Source of the DNA: an uncultured archaeon
Lineage (GTDB): Archaea > Micrarchaeota > Micrarchaeia > Micrarchaeales > CABMGC01
Assembly (NCBI GenBank): GCA_963704435.1
Contig: OY969902.1
Coordinates: forward strand, 120,001-152,000
Reading direction: 5' to 3'
Length of the DNA: 32,000 nucleotides
Positions 23,364 through 31,210 of this stretch are shown in pieces; position 1 is the first letter of the stretch; each line of letters starts with the position of its first letter. The position numbers and the translations under genes are program-made. Under the pieces are notes generated by a model. That model worked only from the letters and a program-made list of their open reading frames with translations. It ran no database searches and was not told the origin of the DNA.

Positions 23364-24140
23364 TTGCCGAAAGGGAAGGACATAGCGGAGATCGAGAAGG
23401 TGTCGCTGACCTACGAGGTCGAGGGCGGCAAGGGGCTGAAGGTGATGGACCGGCTCAGCTTCGGCGTGCGCGACGGGGAGTTCCTCTCCATAATCGGGCC
23501 CTCCGGCTGCGGCAAGTCCTCGCTGATAAGGATGATCATAGGCCTGCAGGAGCCCACGTCCGGCGGGATAACCTTCGAGGGAAGGAGGGTGAGCTCTCCG
23601 CCAGGGGGCATGTCGCTCATATTCCAGAACATAGCGCTCATACCCTGGAAGACAGCTCTCGAGAACGTCGAGTTCTCGATAGAGAACAGGGCCATGGCGC
23701 AGGACGAGGTCAGGAGGAAGAGCGCGGAGATGCTTAAGATCGTCGGGCTGGGCGGGTTCGAGGACTCGTACCCTAGCGAGCTCAGCGGCGGGATGCGGCA
23801 GAGGGTCGGAGTCGCGAGGGCGCTCGTGTCCGATCCGGAGCTTCTGCTTATGGACGAGCCGTTCAGTTCGCTGGACGAGCTCACGGCAGAGCAGCTCAGG
23901 GGAGAGGTGAAGTCCATACTCAAGGACAAGAGGCTGCCTCTGAAGTCGGTGATACTCGTGAGCCACAACGTCGATGAGGTGGTCGAGATGTCCGACAGGA
24001 TAATCGTGCTTTCGAAGGCGCCGTCCCGCATAGTGGACACCATAACGGTCGGGCTGGGCTATCCGAGGGACAGGCACTCGAAGGCGGTCGGCGCGATAAC
24101 CGACAGGATATTCAGGGACCTCCGCACCGCGGAAGCCTAG
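23364..24140 (+). CDS. ABC transporter ATP-binding protein (NitT/TauT-like)
   Basis: Walker A is GPSGCGKSS, the signature is LSGGMRQRV, and Walker B is [12 protein letters not shown]. The start is TTG, preceded by AGGTGGTG, which overlaps the permease stop. Confidence 0.9.
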   Translation: MPKGKDIAEIEKVSLTYEVEGGKGLKVMDRLSFGVRDGEFLSIIGPSGCGKSSLIRMIIGLQEPTSGGITFEGRRVSSPPGGMSLIFQNIALIPWKTALENVEFSIENRAMAQDEVRRKSAEMLKIVGLGGFEDSYPSELSGGMRQRVGVARALVSDPELLLMDEPFSSLDELTAEQLRGEVKSILKDKRLPLKSVILVSHNVDEVVEMSDRIIVLSKAPSRIVDTITVGLGYPRDRHSKAVGAITDRIFRDLRTAEA

Positions 24141-24203
24141 TTCGGAAGCGCGGAAGAAAGGAATATTAGGTTTTTCGGTGCCAATACCATCAAGGGGGTA
24201 AGA

Positions 24204-24620
24204 ATGGCAAAAGCAAACATTACGGGAACGGTGGAACAGGTACTTTACGGCAGTGATCACAGCACAAGAGGCAATGCAAATGACGTGTCGGCAGCCAGAA
24301 TCTCGCTGTCTCAAGTATCAGAAGAGGGTAAGAAAGTGGAAATAACCCTCTTCTATGATCAGGATGGCAAGACGCAGGCAATATTGACTTTCGACATAAT
24401 ATCCTTGGGAAAGACACGCACCAAAAACTTGTTTGATGACTTGCAACCGGAAAATGTTAAAGTCGGAGCACTTAAAGTGGAAACTGCAAATGCGCTTAAC
24501 AAAGCTTGGGATCTGAAGAACCTTGACTTGGCATTTGGAGTTAAGGAAACCCAGAGAACGGGCGACCAGCAGGGGAGTGCGCATCCAATAAAAATCGGCG
24601 GTGGCGTTATCCTAATCTAA
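24204..24620 (+). CDS. hypothetical protein (138 aa), possibly OB-fold
   Basis: The ATG is preceded by a G-rich Shine-Dalgarno-like element (24194-24198). The gene is AT-richer than the ABC genes. ITGTVEQV...ARISL...KKVEITLFYDQDG weakly resembles OB-fold nucleic-acid-binding domains (by eye). Confidence 0.45.
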   Translation: MAKANITGTVEQVLYGSDHSTRGNANDVSAARISLSQVSEEGKKVEITLFYDQDGKTQAILTFDIISLGKTRTKNLFDDLQPENVKVGALKVETANALNKAWDLKNLDLAFGVKETQRTGDQQGSAHPIKIGGGVILI

Positions 24621-24663
24621 GTGATTATCCCTGGCTCCCAGAATAAAAGCAGAGGAGGGCGAA

Positions 24664-25065
24664 TTACTTCTTGCGCTGCCTGACCTTCCTCATGCTCATT
24701 ATCACGGCCGCTGCCGAGACGACGGCGAGAACCAGCATCACCGCGAACGACGCGGTCCAATGGCTCCTGATGTCATTATACTGCACGCGCGCGGAATCGA
24801 CCGCCTCGTTGGCGTAGAGCACAGCCGCGTCCGGCGACTTGTTGTAAATCCCGGATGCCTGGTTTAGGTATCCGTAAGCCTGCGTCAAGTTCGGATAGAA
24901 GATAAGGTAGCCGCTCTGGTTCACCATGTCGACGTACGCCTGCGCCCCGTTTATTATGCCGTTGGCGCTGGACGGGGTGTAGCCCGTGGAGTTGAACTGC
25001 TGCGCTCCCGCGGCTGCCGTAAGCAGCGCGATCGCGAGCAGGGGTATCCAGGGCTGCGGCCTCAT
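24664..25065 (-). CDS. small secreted, membrane-anchored protein with four N-glycosylation sequons
   Basis: It has an N-terminal signal-like segment (PWIPLLAIALLTAAAGA) and a C-terminal TM plus basic tail (FAVMLVLAVVSAAAVIMSMRKVRQRKK). The sequons are NST, NQS, NLT and NKS. The start is 7 nt after the tfb stop. Confidence 0.6.
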   Translation of the reverse strand: MRPQPWIPLLAIALLTAAAGAQQFNSTGYTPSSANGIINGAQAYVDMVNQSGYLIFYPNLTQAYGYLNQASGIYNKSPDAAVLYANEAVDSARVQYNDIRSHWTASFAVMLVLAVVSAAAVIMSMRKVRQRKK

Positions 25066-25072
25066 CGGACCA

Positions 25073-26281
25073 CTACAGGTTCACGTCTATGGCGAGCTCC
25101 TTCTTGAGCTCCCTGTACCTGTTCCTTATGGTGACCTCGGTCACTCCCGCGACCTCGGCCACCTCCTTCTGCGTCCTGCGCTCGCCTACGAGCGCGCTTG
25201 CGATGTAGACGGCCGCGGCGGAGACTCCGGTCGGGCTCCTCCCGCTCACCAGGCCCCTCTTCATCGCCTGCTTCAGCAGCAGCGTGGACTTCTCCTGCGC
25301 CTCACCGCTGAGCTTAAGCGCGGCCACGTACCTGGGCACGTAGCTTATCGGGTCGGTCAGCGGTATCTTCAGGTGGAGCTCGTGGGCTATGACCCTGTAG
25401 GTCCTGCCTATCTCCTTCTTCGGAACGCCGGATATCTGCGATATCTCGTCCAGCGTCCTCGGCATTCCCGCCTGCCTGCACGTCGCGTACAGCGCGGCGT
25501 TGACCACGGTCTCGATGGGCCTGCCCCTTATCAGGTTGTTCTTGACGCACGACCTGTACAGCAGTGCGGCGCTCTCCCTGACGTTGTCAGGAAGGCCTAG
25601 GTAGCTTGCGACCCTGTTGAGCTCGGGCAGCGCGACGAGGTAGTTCCTCTCGCTGGAGCTCGCTATGCTCGCCCTCTTGTGCCACTTCCTTATCCTGTAC
25701 AGCTGGGCCTGCCTCTTCGATGGCAGTTTCGCGCCCCTTATGTCCTTGTTGTACATGTCGATCTCTGTGACCAGGCCCTTGTTCGGCTTCATGTACTTGA
25801 TCGGAGCGCCGGTCCTGGCCCTTGCATTCCTCTGCTCGGAGTCGAACGCCCTCCACTCTGGCCCGGTATCCGTGACGTTCTCCTCTATGACCAGGCCGCA
25901 GTTGTTGCAGATGTATTCGCCCCTCTCGCCGTCGAATATGATGTCGCCGCTTCCGCAGCTCGGGCAGCGCTTCACGCTCCCTATGACCTTCGGCCCCTCC
26001 TCGCCGTGGACTATGCCTATGTCAGCGCCGGCCTCCTTGTCCAGCACGTGCGCGTGCCTCTCGACCGCTATCTCGGCCGGACCGGAAATCGGCGCATGTA
26101 CTGCGGCAGGCGCCCTTGCCGCGGGAGCCCTGATGGTGCGCACAGCGGACACGTTCTGGGTGTGCCTCGCATTGGCATGCGCAGCCTTCCTGGCCTTCGC
26201 CTTGGCTGGCTTCCTCGCGGCTTTCTTAGCGACAGTCTTCTTGGCCTTCTTTGCAGTTCTCTTACGATCCTTACTCGCCAT
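25073..26281 (-). CDS. tfb: transcription initiation factor IIB (TFB) with a Lys/Ala-rich N-terminal extension
   Basis: It has a zinc ribbon (CPSCGSGDIIFDGERGEYICNNCG) followed by two cyclin-fold repeats through to the C-terminus. The track starts at TTG 26290. The first ATG (26281, MASKDRKRTAKK...) lies 29 nt downstream of a TATA box centre. Confidence 0.9.
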   Translation of the reverse strand: MASKDRKRTAKKAKKTVAKKAARKPAKAKARKAAHANARHTQNVSAVRTIRAPAARAPAAVHAPISGPAEIAVERHAHVLDKEAGADIGIVHGEEGPKVIGSVKRCPSCGSGDIIFDGERGEYICNNCGLVIEENVTDTGPEWRAFDSEQRNARARTGAPIKYMKPNKGLVTEIDMYNKDIRGAKLPSKRQAQLYRIRKWHKRASIASSSERNYLVALPELNRVASYLGLPDNVRESAALLYRSCVKNNLIRGRPIETVVNAALYATCRQAGMPRTLDEISQISGVPKKEIGRTYRVIAHELHLKIPLTDPISYVPRYVAALKLSGEAQEKSTLLLKQAMKRGLVSGRSPTGVSAAAVYIASALVGERRTQKEVAEVAGVTEVTIRNRYRELKKELAIDVNL

Positions 26282-26304
26282 TCTAATCAACCTTGTTTTT
26301 CGTC

Positions 26305-26314
26305 TAAAATATAA
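26305..26314 (-). promoter_or_regulatory. TATA box for tfb, within an unusually AT-rich 90-bp upstream region
   Basis: TTATATTTTA (minus strand) is centred about 29 nt upstream of the ATG at 26281. Further TATA-like strings occur at 26322-26332, 26345-26355 and 26360-26375. Confidence 0.5.
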
Positions 26315-26434
26315 GATAGTCTTTTAAATTTTGCTAAAAAGAGTAATTAATTTAGTGATTAAATAGATATTTAAACCTTTCGTTGGGGCTTCCGCCCACG
26401 GGAGGGCCGGACTGAAACAATCCTGCCGTAGATT

Positions 26435-27064
26435 TCACCTGGCCACCAGTCCCGCAAATCTCTTTGGGGCCAGGCCCTGCACAATGTCGCTCTCCTCGGT
26501 GTAGTAAAGGCAGGACGGACCGATTCGCTCAACCTTCTCGCCTGCTTTACTAAGCGTCCCGCCGGTCCGTATGTAGTCGTCGAACATGACCGCCTTCGAC
26601 ATCGCCTTAATGAGTCTCATGTCCTCTCCAGACACGCACAGACCGCTGTCGCGCTGATACTCGATGAGGACGAACTCGAACGGCTTTCCGCGCTCCAGCA
26701 GCTGCCCCGCAACGTACGCTGCCGGGTATATCCCGGAGCGCATGAGGGGTATGAGCGCGACCCTGCCCCAGAATCTGCCCAGCAGATGATCCACATACTT
26801 GTCTTCGTTTGAGACGCGGCCGCAGTCAGTCAGCCGCATGCCAATCGCTTCGATGCTGAACTCGCCGTAGGTCCTTCCTCTTGCGCACTCGGCAAGCTCC
26901 ATGAAACTCTGCCTGAGCTCCGACCTCACCTCGCCTCTCTCGCTTTCGCTCCTGCTGCGGTCGAACTGAAGTGACCACAGCTCTCTTATCCTGTGAAGGG
27001 AAGGTGGCCTCTTCAAGTCATTGAACGTGCCTGCAACGGCTGCCGCTTTTTGCACCGTATCCAT
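26435..27064 (-). CDS. phosphoribosyltransferase-fold (type I PRT) family protein
   Basis: It has a PRPP-binding-like motif (AVMFDDYIRTGGTL) near the C-terminus. A TATA box lies 26 nt upstream of the ATG. No specific subfamily recognised. Confidence 0.45.
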   Translation of the reverse strand: MDTVQKAAAVAGTFNDLKRPPSLHRIRELWSLQFDRSRSESERGEVRSELRQSFMELAECARGRTYGEFSIEAIGMRLTDCGRVSNEDKYVDHLLGRFWGRVALIPLMRSGIYPAAYVAGQLLERGKPFEFVLIEYQRDSGLCVSGEDMRLIKAMSKAVMFDDYIRTGGTLSKAGEKVERIGPSCLYYTEESDIVQGLAPKRFAGLVAR

Positions 27065-27086
27065 GCTTTTATTATGCCTTCTCCGG

Positions 27087-27094
27087 TATAAAAA
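27087..27094 (-). promoter_or_regulatory. TATA box for the PRT-like gene
   Basis: TATAAAAA on the plus strand (TTTTTATA on the minus strand) is centred about 26 nt upstream of the ATG at 27064. Confidence 0.5.
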
Positions 27095-27168
27095 CGTGCT
27101 TCAGGAAAGTGCCCATAACGCTCTGGGAAGAATAGGGCGTCGCTCCAATCGAACAGTTCGGGGCTCAA

Positions 27169-27177
27169 TTTATAAAT
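27169..27177 (+). promoter_or_regulatory. TATA box upstream of the rps15-rps3ae operon
   Basis: TTTATAAAT is centred about 58 nt upstream of the rps15 ATG, implying a leadered transcript. Confidence 0.4.
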
Positions 27178-27230
27178 GTTCTTGATTAATAACATATTAC
27201 AGTTGCTTTTCTGAGTTTTTAGGGTATCTA

Positions 27231-27686
27231 ATGGCAAGACTGCACACGCGGAAGCACGGCAAATCGAAGTCAAGGAAGCCGGTGGCGGAAGACGTCAAGA
27301 TAACGGCCGACCGGAAGGAGGTCGAGGGCGCCATACTCGACTATGCCAGGCAGGGCATGAGCAGCAGCGAGATAGGCCAGAGCGTAAAGGTCGCCCACGG
27401 CGTCGGATACCTGAAGCCTCTGCTCGGCAAGAGGCTTAACCAGTTCCTCGCCGAGAAGGGAGTCAAGAAGGAGCTGCCGGACGACATTATGGCGCTTATG
27501 AGGAAGGCCGTGAGCATGAGGAAGCACCTCGCCAGCAACCACGGGGACGTGTACGGCAGGATCAGGCTGGGAAGGGTCGAAGCCAAGATATGGAGGCTGA
27601 GCAGGTACTACAGGAGCTCGGGGAAGATACCCGCCGATTGGAAGTATGACCCAGAGCAGGCTGCGCTTATGATAAAGAAGGCATGA
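27231..27686 (+). CDS. rps15: 30S ribosomal protein S15 (uS15, archaeal S15P/S13e type)
   Basis: The N-terminus MARLHTRKHGKSKSRKP and a length of 151 aa are typical of archaeal S15. Confidence 0.93.
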   Translation: MARLHTRKHGKSKSRKPVAEDVKITADRKEVEGAILDYARQGMSSSEIGQSVKVAHGVGYLKPLLGKRLNQFLAEKGVKKELPDDIMALMRKAVSMRKHLASNHGDVYGRIRLGRVEAKIWRLSRYYRSSGKIPADWKYDPEQAALMIKKA

Positions 27687-27696
27687 GGTTAGTTGG

Positions 27697-28260
27697 ATGG
27701 CTGTTCAGAAGGGAGTTGACAAGTGGAAGGAGAAGCAGTGGTTCGACGTATACCCGCCGAAGGACATTGCCACCGAGATCATAGGCAGCGTGCCATCCAG
27801 CGACGAGAAGAACATGCTGGGCAGGGAGGTAAAGGTCAACCTGTCATGGATAACGAACAACCCCAACCACTCGTTCATCACGGTCGGGCTCAAGGTAACC
27901 GGCGTTAGCGGCAACTCCGCAAACACCGACGTGAGCTACCTGGCTCAGCAGTACAGCTACCTGCACTCGTTCGTCAAGAGGCGCGGAGACGTCATCTACA
28001 CCTACGACAAGGTGAAGGACAAGGATGGCAAGGAGATGGTGCTCAAACTCCTCATAACCACGAGGAACAAGATAGCCAGGAGGGCGCAGGCGGACATGAG
28101 GAAGGCGGTCAGCGTGTTCATCGCAGACTACGTCCCGAAGCTCGGGAAGGGCGAGTTCGTCAAGGCGATCATATCAGGGGCATTCCAGCAGGAGGGAGTG
28201 AAGAAGCTGGCGAAGATCGTACCGATCTCAAGGTTCGAGATAAAGAAGGCCGAGTTCTGA
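27697..28260 (+). CDS. rps3ae: 30S ribosomal protein S3Ae (eS1)
   Basis: The N-terminus is MAVQKGVDKWKEKQWFDVYPPK. The gene starts 10 nt after rps15 and has a GAGGT Shine-Dalgarno-like element upstream. Confidence 0.9.
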   Translation: MAVQKGVDKWKEKQWFDVYPPKDIATEIIGSVPSSDEKNMLGREVKVNLSWITNNPNHSFITVGLKVTGVSGNSANTDVSYLAQQYSYLHSFVKRRGDVIYTYDKVKDKDGKEMVLKLLITTRNKIARRAQADMRKAVSVFIADYVPKLGKGEFVKAIISGAFQQEGVKKLAKIVPISRFEIKKAEF

Positions 28261-28286
28261 AGCCAGATACAAACAGATTCCTGTTT

Positions 28287-29918
28287 CTAGTTCTTGTAAT
28301 ACACCGTCACATTGGTGAAGTTCCCGAAGAAGGTATAGATCGAGGGCTCGTACTTGGTCAGCCATACGGGCCTCGCCGGAGGGACGTAGGCCACGGAAAG
28401 GCCGCAGTCCTGCTCGAGGATCGAGTTTGCGAAGCTCACGACATAACTGTCATTGACTATCCCGTCGCAGCCGTCCCACGGCCCGTTAACCAGGTTGAAC
28501 TTGTAGTTCGAGTATTCCTCGAGGGGTATCGGGTTAGGCCTTACCACGGTCGTGTTCGGAGGCAATGCATTCACGAAGCTCGCCACCTTCAGCAGGGGAT
28601 ACAGATAACCATACTGGGAATATCCGATGTAGCTTATCGAGATGCACGACTCCGCGAGCAGCGCAAGGAGCAGAGCCATAGCAAATACCTGCTTTGCCCT
28701 TGTGCCGATCCCCTTCTTCGCGCCCTTCCTGCTCTCCATGAGCCTCACTATGAAGAAGCCTATCAGCAGGGCGAGAGCGGGGCCAAATATCAGCGTAAAC
28801 CTCTGGTACTGGGGCTGGATAGGAAGGAAGTTCTTCAGGCTCATGGGGCCGTACGCGAGGTAAATGAGCGTGGAGAACACCCACAGCCCCGGAACTGCGA
28901 CCCTCTTGTCGAATTTCAGGAGGAGGTACGCTGCTGCCAATAGCGCGATGTAGAAATACGCTCCTATCAGGTAGCCGAACCATATCGCGTTCGCGTTGGA
29001 CACCGAAGCATCCCATGCCGACAGCAGGGATACGAACGACGGGTGGGCTATGGCCTGCGACGCTACCCAAGCGACGTTGTACGGAAGGAGCTCGGACGCG
29101 TACGTGCGCAGCGAGGAGATTCCGTATCCGCAGGACATCTGGCCGCAGTAGTTTGAGTACCAAGAGGAGTCTGTGGTGTATATGTAGAGGGGGTTCCCTG
29201 CGGTGAGATAGCCAAGCAGCGCTATGATTGAGACCGCGCACAGTATGCCTACTGCAAATGAGGCGATTCTCAGCAGCTGTTTCCGGTTCATGTGCTTTAC
29301 CGTGTCAAAAAGAAGGATTAGCAGCAGGAAGGGGATTATTATGAGCGTCTCTGGCACAGAAAGGAAGCCTATCACTGCGAAGAACGCGGACAAGGCATAG
29401 AAAATCTTTTTCCTCTCATTCTTTGTCGCGAGTATCATCATCAGTACCGCGAGGGACGCGAAGAATGCCATCTGCACGTCGTCCCCGACGCTGGACGCCT
29501 GGATTACCGCGAGCGGGAGAGCGCCGTACAGCAGCGCGGAAACGAGCCCCGCCTTCCTGTTGTAGAGCTCGCTCCCGATGAGATAGACCACCGCGACGGT
29601 GCCTAGGAACATCAAAAGGTCGAAGAACACGCTCGTGAACGGACTGTACCCGAACAGCGAGTAGAGCACGGCCATGCTCCCTATTACGATGTATTTCATT
29701 CCGTCAGCGCCCGTCCCCACGAACCCAGTTATCCCGACAACGGCGACATGGTGTGCGAACAGGTTGTAGAGGTAGTTGTCGGACTGGTTGAGCGGAGTTA
29801 TCCCGTAGAAGAATGCGAGGGTCAACCCTGCGCTAAAGATAAGCACCAAACAGAGTGCTGCGAGATAGATGCGACTCTCGTCCTTAGCCTTTCTCTTTCT
29901 TGATTTCAAATCATCCAC
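28287..29918 (-). CDS. GT-C fold glycosyltransferase (GT39/ArnT/PMT-like integral membrane protein)
   Basis: 543 aa with more than 10 hydrophobic segments and a soluble C-terminal domain of about 110 aa. The overall architecture resembles dolichyl/undecaprenyl-phosphate-sugar-dependent glycosyltransferases. No motif-level proof. Confidence 0.55.
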   Translation of the reverse strand: MDDLKSRKRKAKDESRIYLAALCLVLIFSAGLTLAFFYGITPLNQSDNYLYNLFAHHVAVVGITGFVGTGADGMKYIVIGSMAVLYSLFGYSPFTSVFFDLLMFLGTVAVVYLIGSELYNRKAGLVSALLYGALPLAVIQASSVGDDVQMAFFASLAVLMMILATKNERKKIFYALSAFFAVIGFLSVPETLIIIPFLLLILLFDTVKHMNRKQLLRIASFAVGILCAVSIIALLGYLTAGNPLYIYTTDSSWYSNYCGQMSCGYGISSLRTYASELLPYNVAWVASQAIAHPSFVSLLSAWDASVSNANAIWFGYLIGAYFYIALLAAAYLLLKFDKRVAVPGLWVFSTLIYLAYGPMSLKNFLPIQPQYQRFTLIFGPALALLIGFFIVRLMESRKGAKKGIGTRAKQVFAMALLLALLAESCISISYIGYSQYGYLYPLLKVASFVNALPPNTTVVRPNPIPLEEYSNYKFNLVNGPWDGCDGIVNDSYVVSFANSILEQDCGLSVAYVPPARPVWLTKYEPSIYTFFGNFTNVTVYYKN

Positions 29919-29921
29919 TCT

Positions 29922-30287
29922 TCACAGTATCTTTTTCTGTTTGTCCAAATCAAATATCTCTTCTAGGTCGATAGCCAATGCATGATGAGGCAAGGGAGGG
30001 ACGCTTCTCTTGATGGCTAAGGAAAGGTAGTCTCCAGAAGAATAAACCTTAGCACGGTCATCTATCCGGTAATACTCTCCACCGCGCTTTGCTACAATTG
30101 AGACCTTTTTGTTTTTCCTGATGTTCTCTAAAGTTGTCTTCATCTGGCAAGCGCCTATCAATAACTTCTTTTTGTAAAAACCACACGACATCACGACGAT
30201 GACGCGTGGATTTCCGGATTTTGAACTCGTAGCTAAAAAGATCTCCTGGCCCGGTTCCAATGCCTTCCTCCATCCCTTGCCCGGCAT
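29922..30287 (-). CDS. pyridoxamine 5'-phosphate oxidase-like (FMN-binding split-barrel) family protein
   Basis: IFLATSSKSGNPRVIVV...LENIRKNKKVSIV fits the PNPOx-like pattern. The gene is markedly AT-richer than its neighbours (hand count 26/60 G+C for 30061-30120, against 35/60 for 30421-30480). Confidence 0.5.
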   Translation of the reverse strand: MPGKGWRKALEPGQEIFLATSSKSGNPRVIVVMSCGFYKKKLLIGACQMKTTLENIRKNKKVSIVAKRGGEYYRIDDRAKVYSSGDYLSLAIKRSVPPLPHHALAIDLEEIFDLDKQKKIL

Positions 30288-30288
30288 C

Positions 30289-30630
30289 TCACAGCCTCTT
30301 CTTTATGAAATCGGCAAGCACGATCGCGCTGTTGTGCTCGGTGTCCTTCGCCGAGTAGACGAGCGTCACGTCGGTCTGCTTCACCATCGCTATGAGCTCT
30401 CCGACCTCGCCGTTGGTCTCAAGCTCCTTCTCGTACTTCCTCCTGAACTCGTCCCATTTCGCGGGGTCGTGGGCGAACCACTTCCTCAGCGCGTCGCTGG
30501 GCGCGACCTCCTTCATCCAGAGGTCTATGCTCTGCGAGCTCTTCTTCACTCCGCGTGGCCAGAGGCGCTCCACGAGGACCATCTTTCCGTCCGTGAGGTC
30601 CCTCCTTTCGTAGACCCTCTTCATTCCCAT
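30289..30630 (-). CDS. DUF488 family protein
   Basis: RVYERRDLTDGKMVLVERLWPRGVKK...DLWMKEVAPSDALRKWFAHDPAKWDEFRRKY matches the DUF488 consensus as I recall it. The start is taken as ATG 30630 (or 30624). The longer track ORF overlaps the upstream gene. Confidence 0.7.
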   Translation of the reverse strand: MGMKRVYERRDLTDGKMVLVERLWPRGVKKSSQSIDLWMKEVAPSDALRKWFAHDPAKWDEFRRKYEKELETNGEVGELIAMVKQTDVTLVYSAKDTEHNSAIVLADFIKKRL

Positions 30631-30667
30631 GAGCACAAAGGCACCGATTTCAATTCTGTCTGCACAT

Positions 30668-31186
30668 TTAAATACGTTGGCTTGTTTTTTCTCGGGCGGA
30701 TGGCATCTTTCCGACGGCCGAGGCGAGCAGGCTCTCCTTCCCGACAAGGGACAGGAATGATCCGATGTTCATGACCTTCCCGTTCCGCATGTGTATGTCC
30801 AGCATCTCAAGCATGAGTCCGTCGGCCTGGTCGAGCCTAGAGAAGTAGACCCCCCTCTCGTTCACGAATCCCTTCGAGTCGAGCATGCCGGCCACGAGGC
30901 ACGCCGCGAGCTCGCGGCTCCTCTTCGGGAGCGAGGCCTTCCGCTCGAGGATCTCCCTTATCATCCGGGCTATCCTAGAATGGTAGAAATGGACGTGCTT
31001 GACCTCGCCGCTCTCCTCGATAAGTATCTTCTTAGGGTCCGCGCCGAGCGCGAGGGCGAACTTCACGAACCGCTCCACTAGCTCGTCATTGCGCGTCCTG
31101 ACCCCGATGTAGCTCTTGTCGGGGACCCTGTAGTTGTCCATGACTCCTGCGAGGTAGCACAGCTCCCTTGTAGTCCTGAAGCGCAT
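30668..31186 (-). CDS. free-standing LAGLIDADG-like protein with two degenerate motifs
   Basis: Motif 1 is CYLAGVMDNY (residues 10-19) and motif 2 is CLVAGMLDSKGFV (residues about 95-107). Spacing and flanking patterns (YIGVRTRNDELVERFVKFALALG; GVYFSRLDQADGLMLEMLD) are as in double-motif homing endonucleases. Confidence 0.5.
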   Translation of the reverse strand: MRFRTTRELCYLAGVMDNYRVPDKSYIGVRTRNDELVERFVKFALALGADPKKILIEESGEVKHVHFYHSRIARMIREILERKASLPKRSRELAACLVAGMLDSKGFVNERGVYFSRLDQADGLMLEMLDIHMRNGKVMNIGSFLSLVGKESLLASAVGKMPSAREKTSQRI

Positions 31187-31210
31187 GGTAAGAATGGGAC
31201 GGATAAGGAT

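Noticed and set aside
25985-25990. An in-frame GTG just before the TFB zinc ribbon (SVKRCPSCG) was considered as an alternative start, which would remove the Lys/Ala-rich extension.
   Set aside because: It cannot be excluded. However, the TATA box is positioned for ATG 26281, no promoter-like sequence precedes the GTG, and the extension has coding-like codon usage. It is kept as a caveat in the finding.
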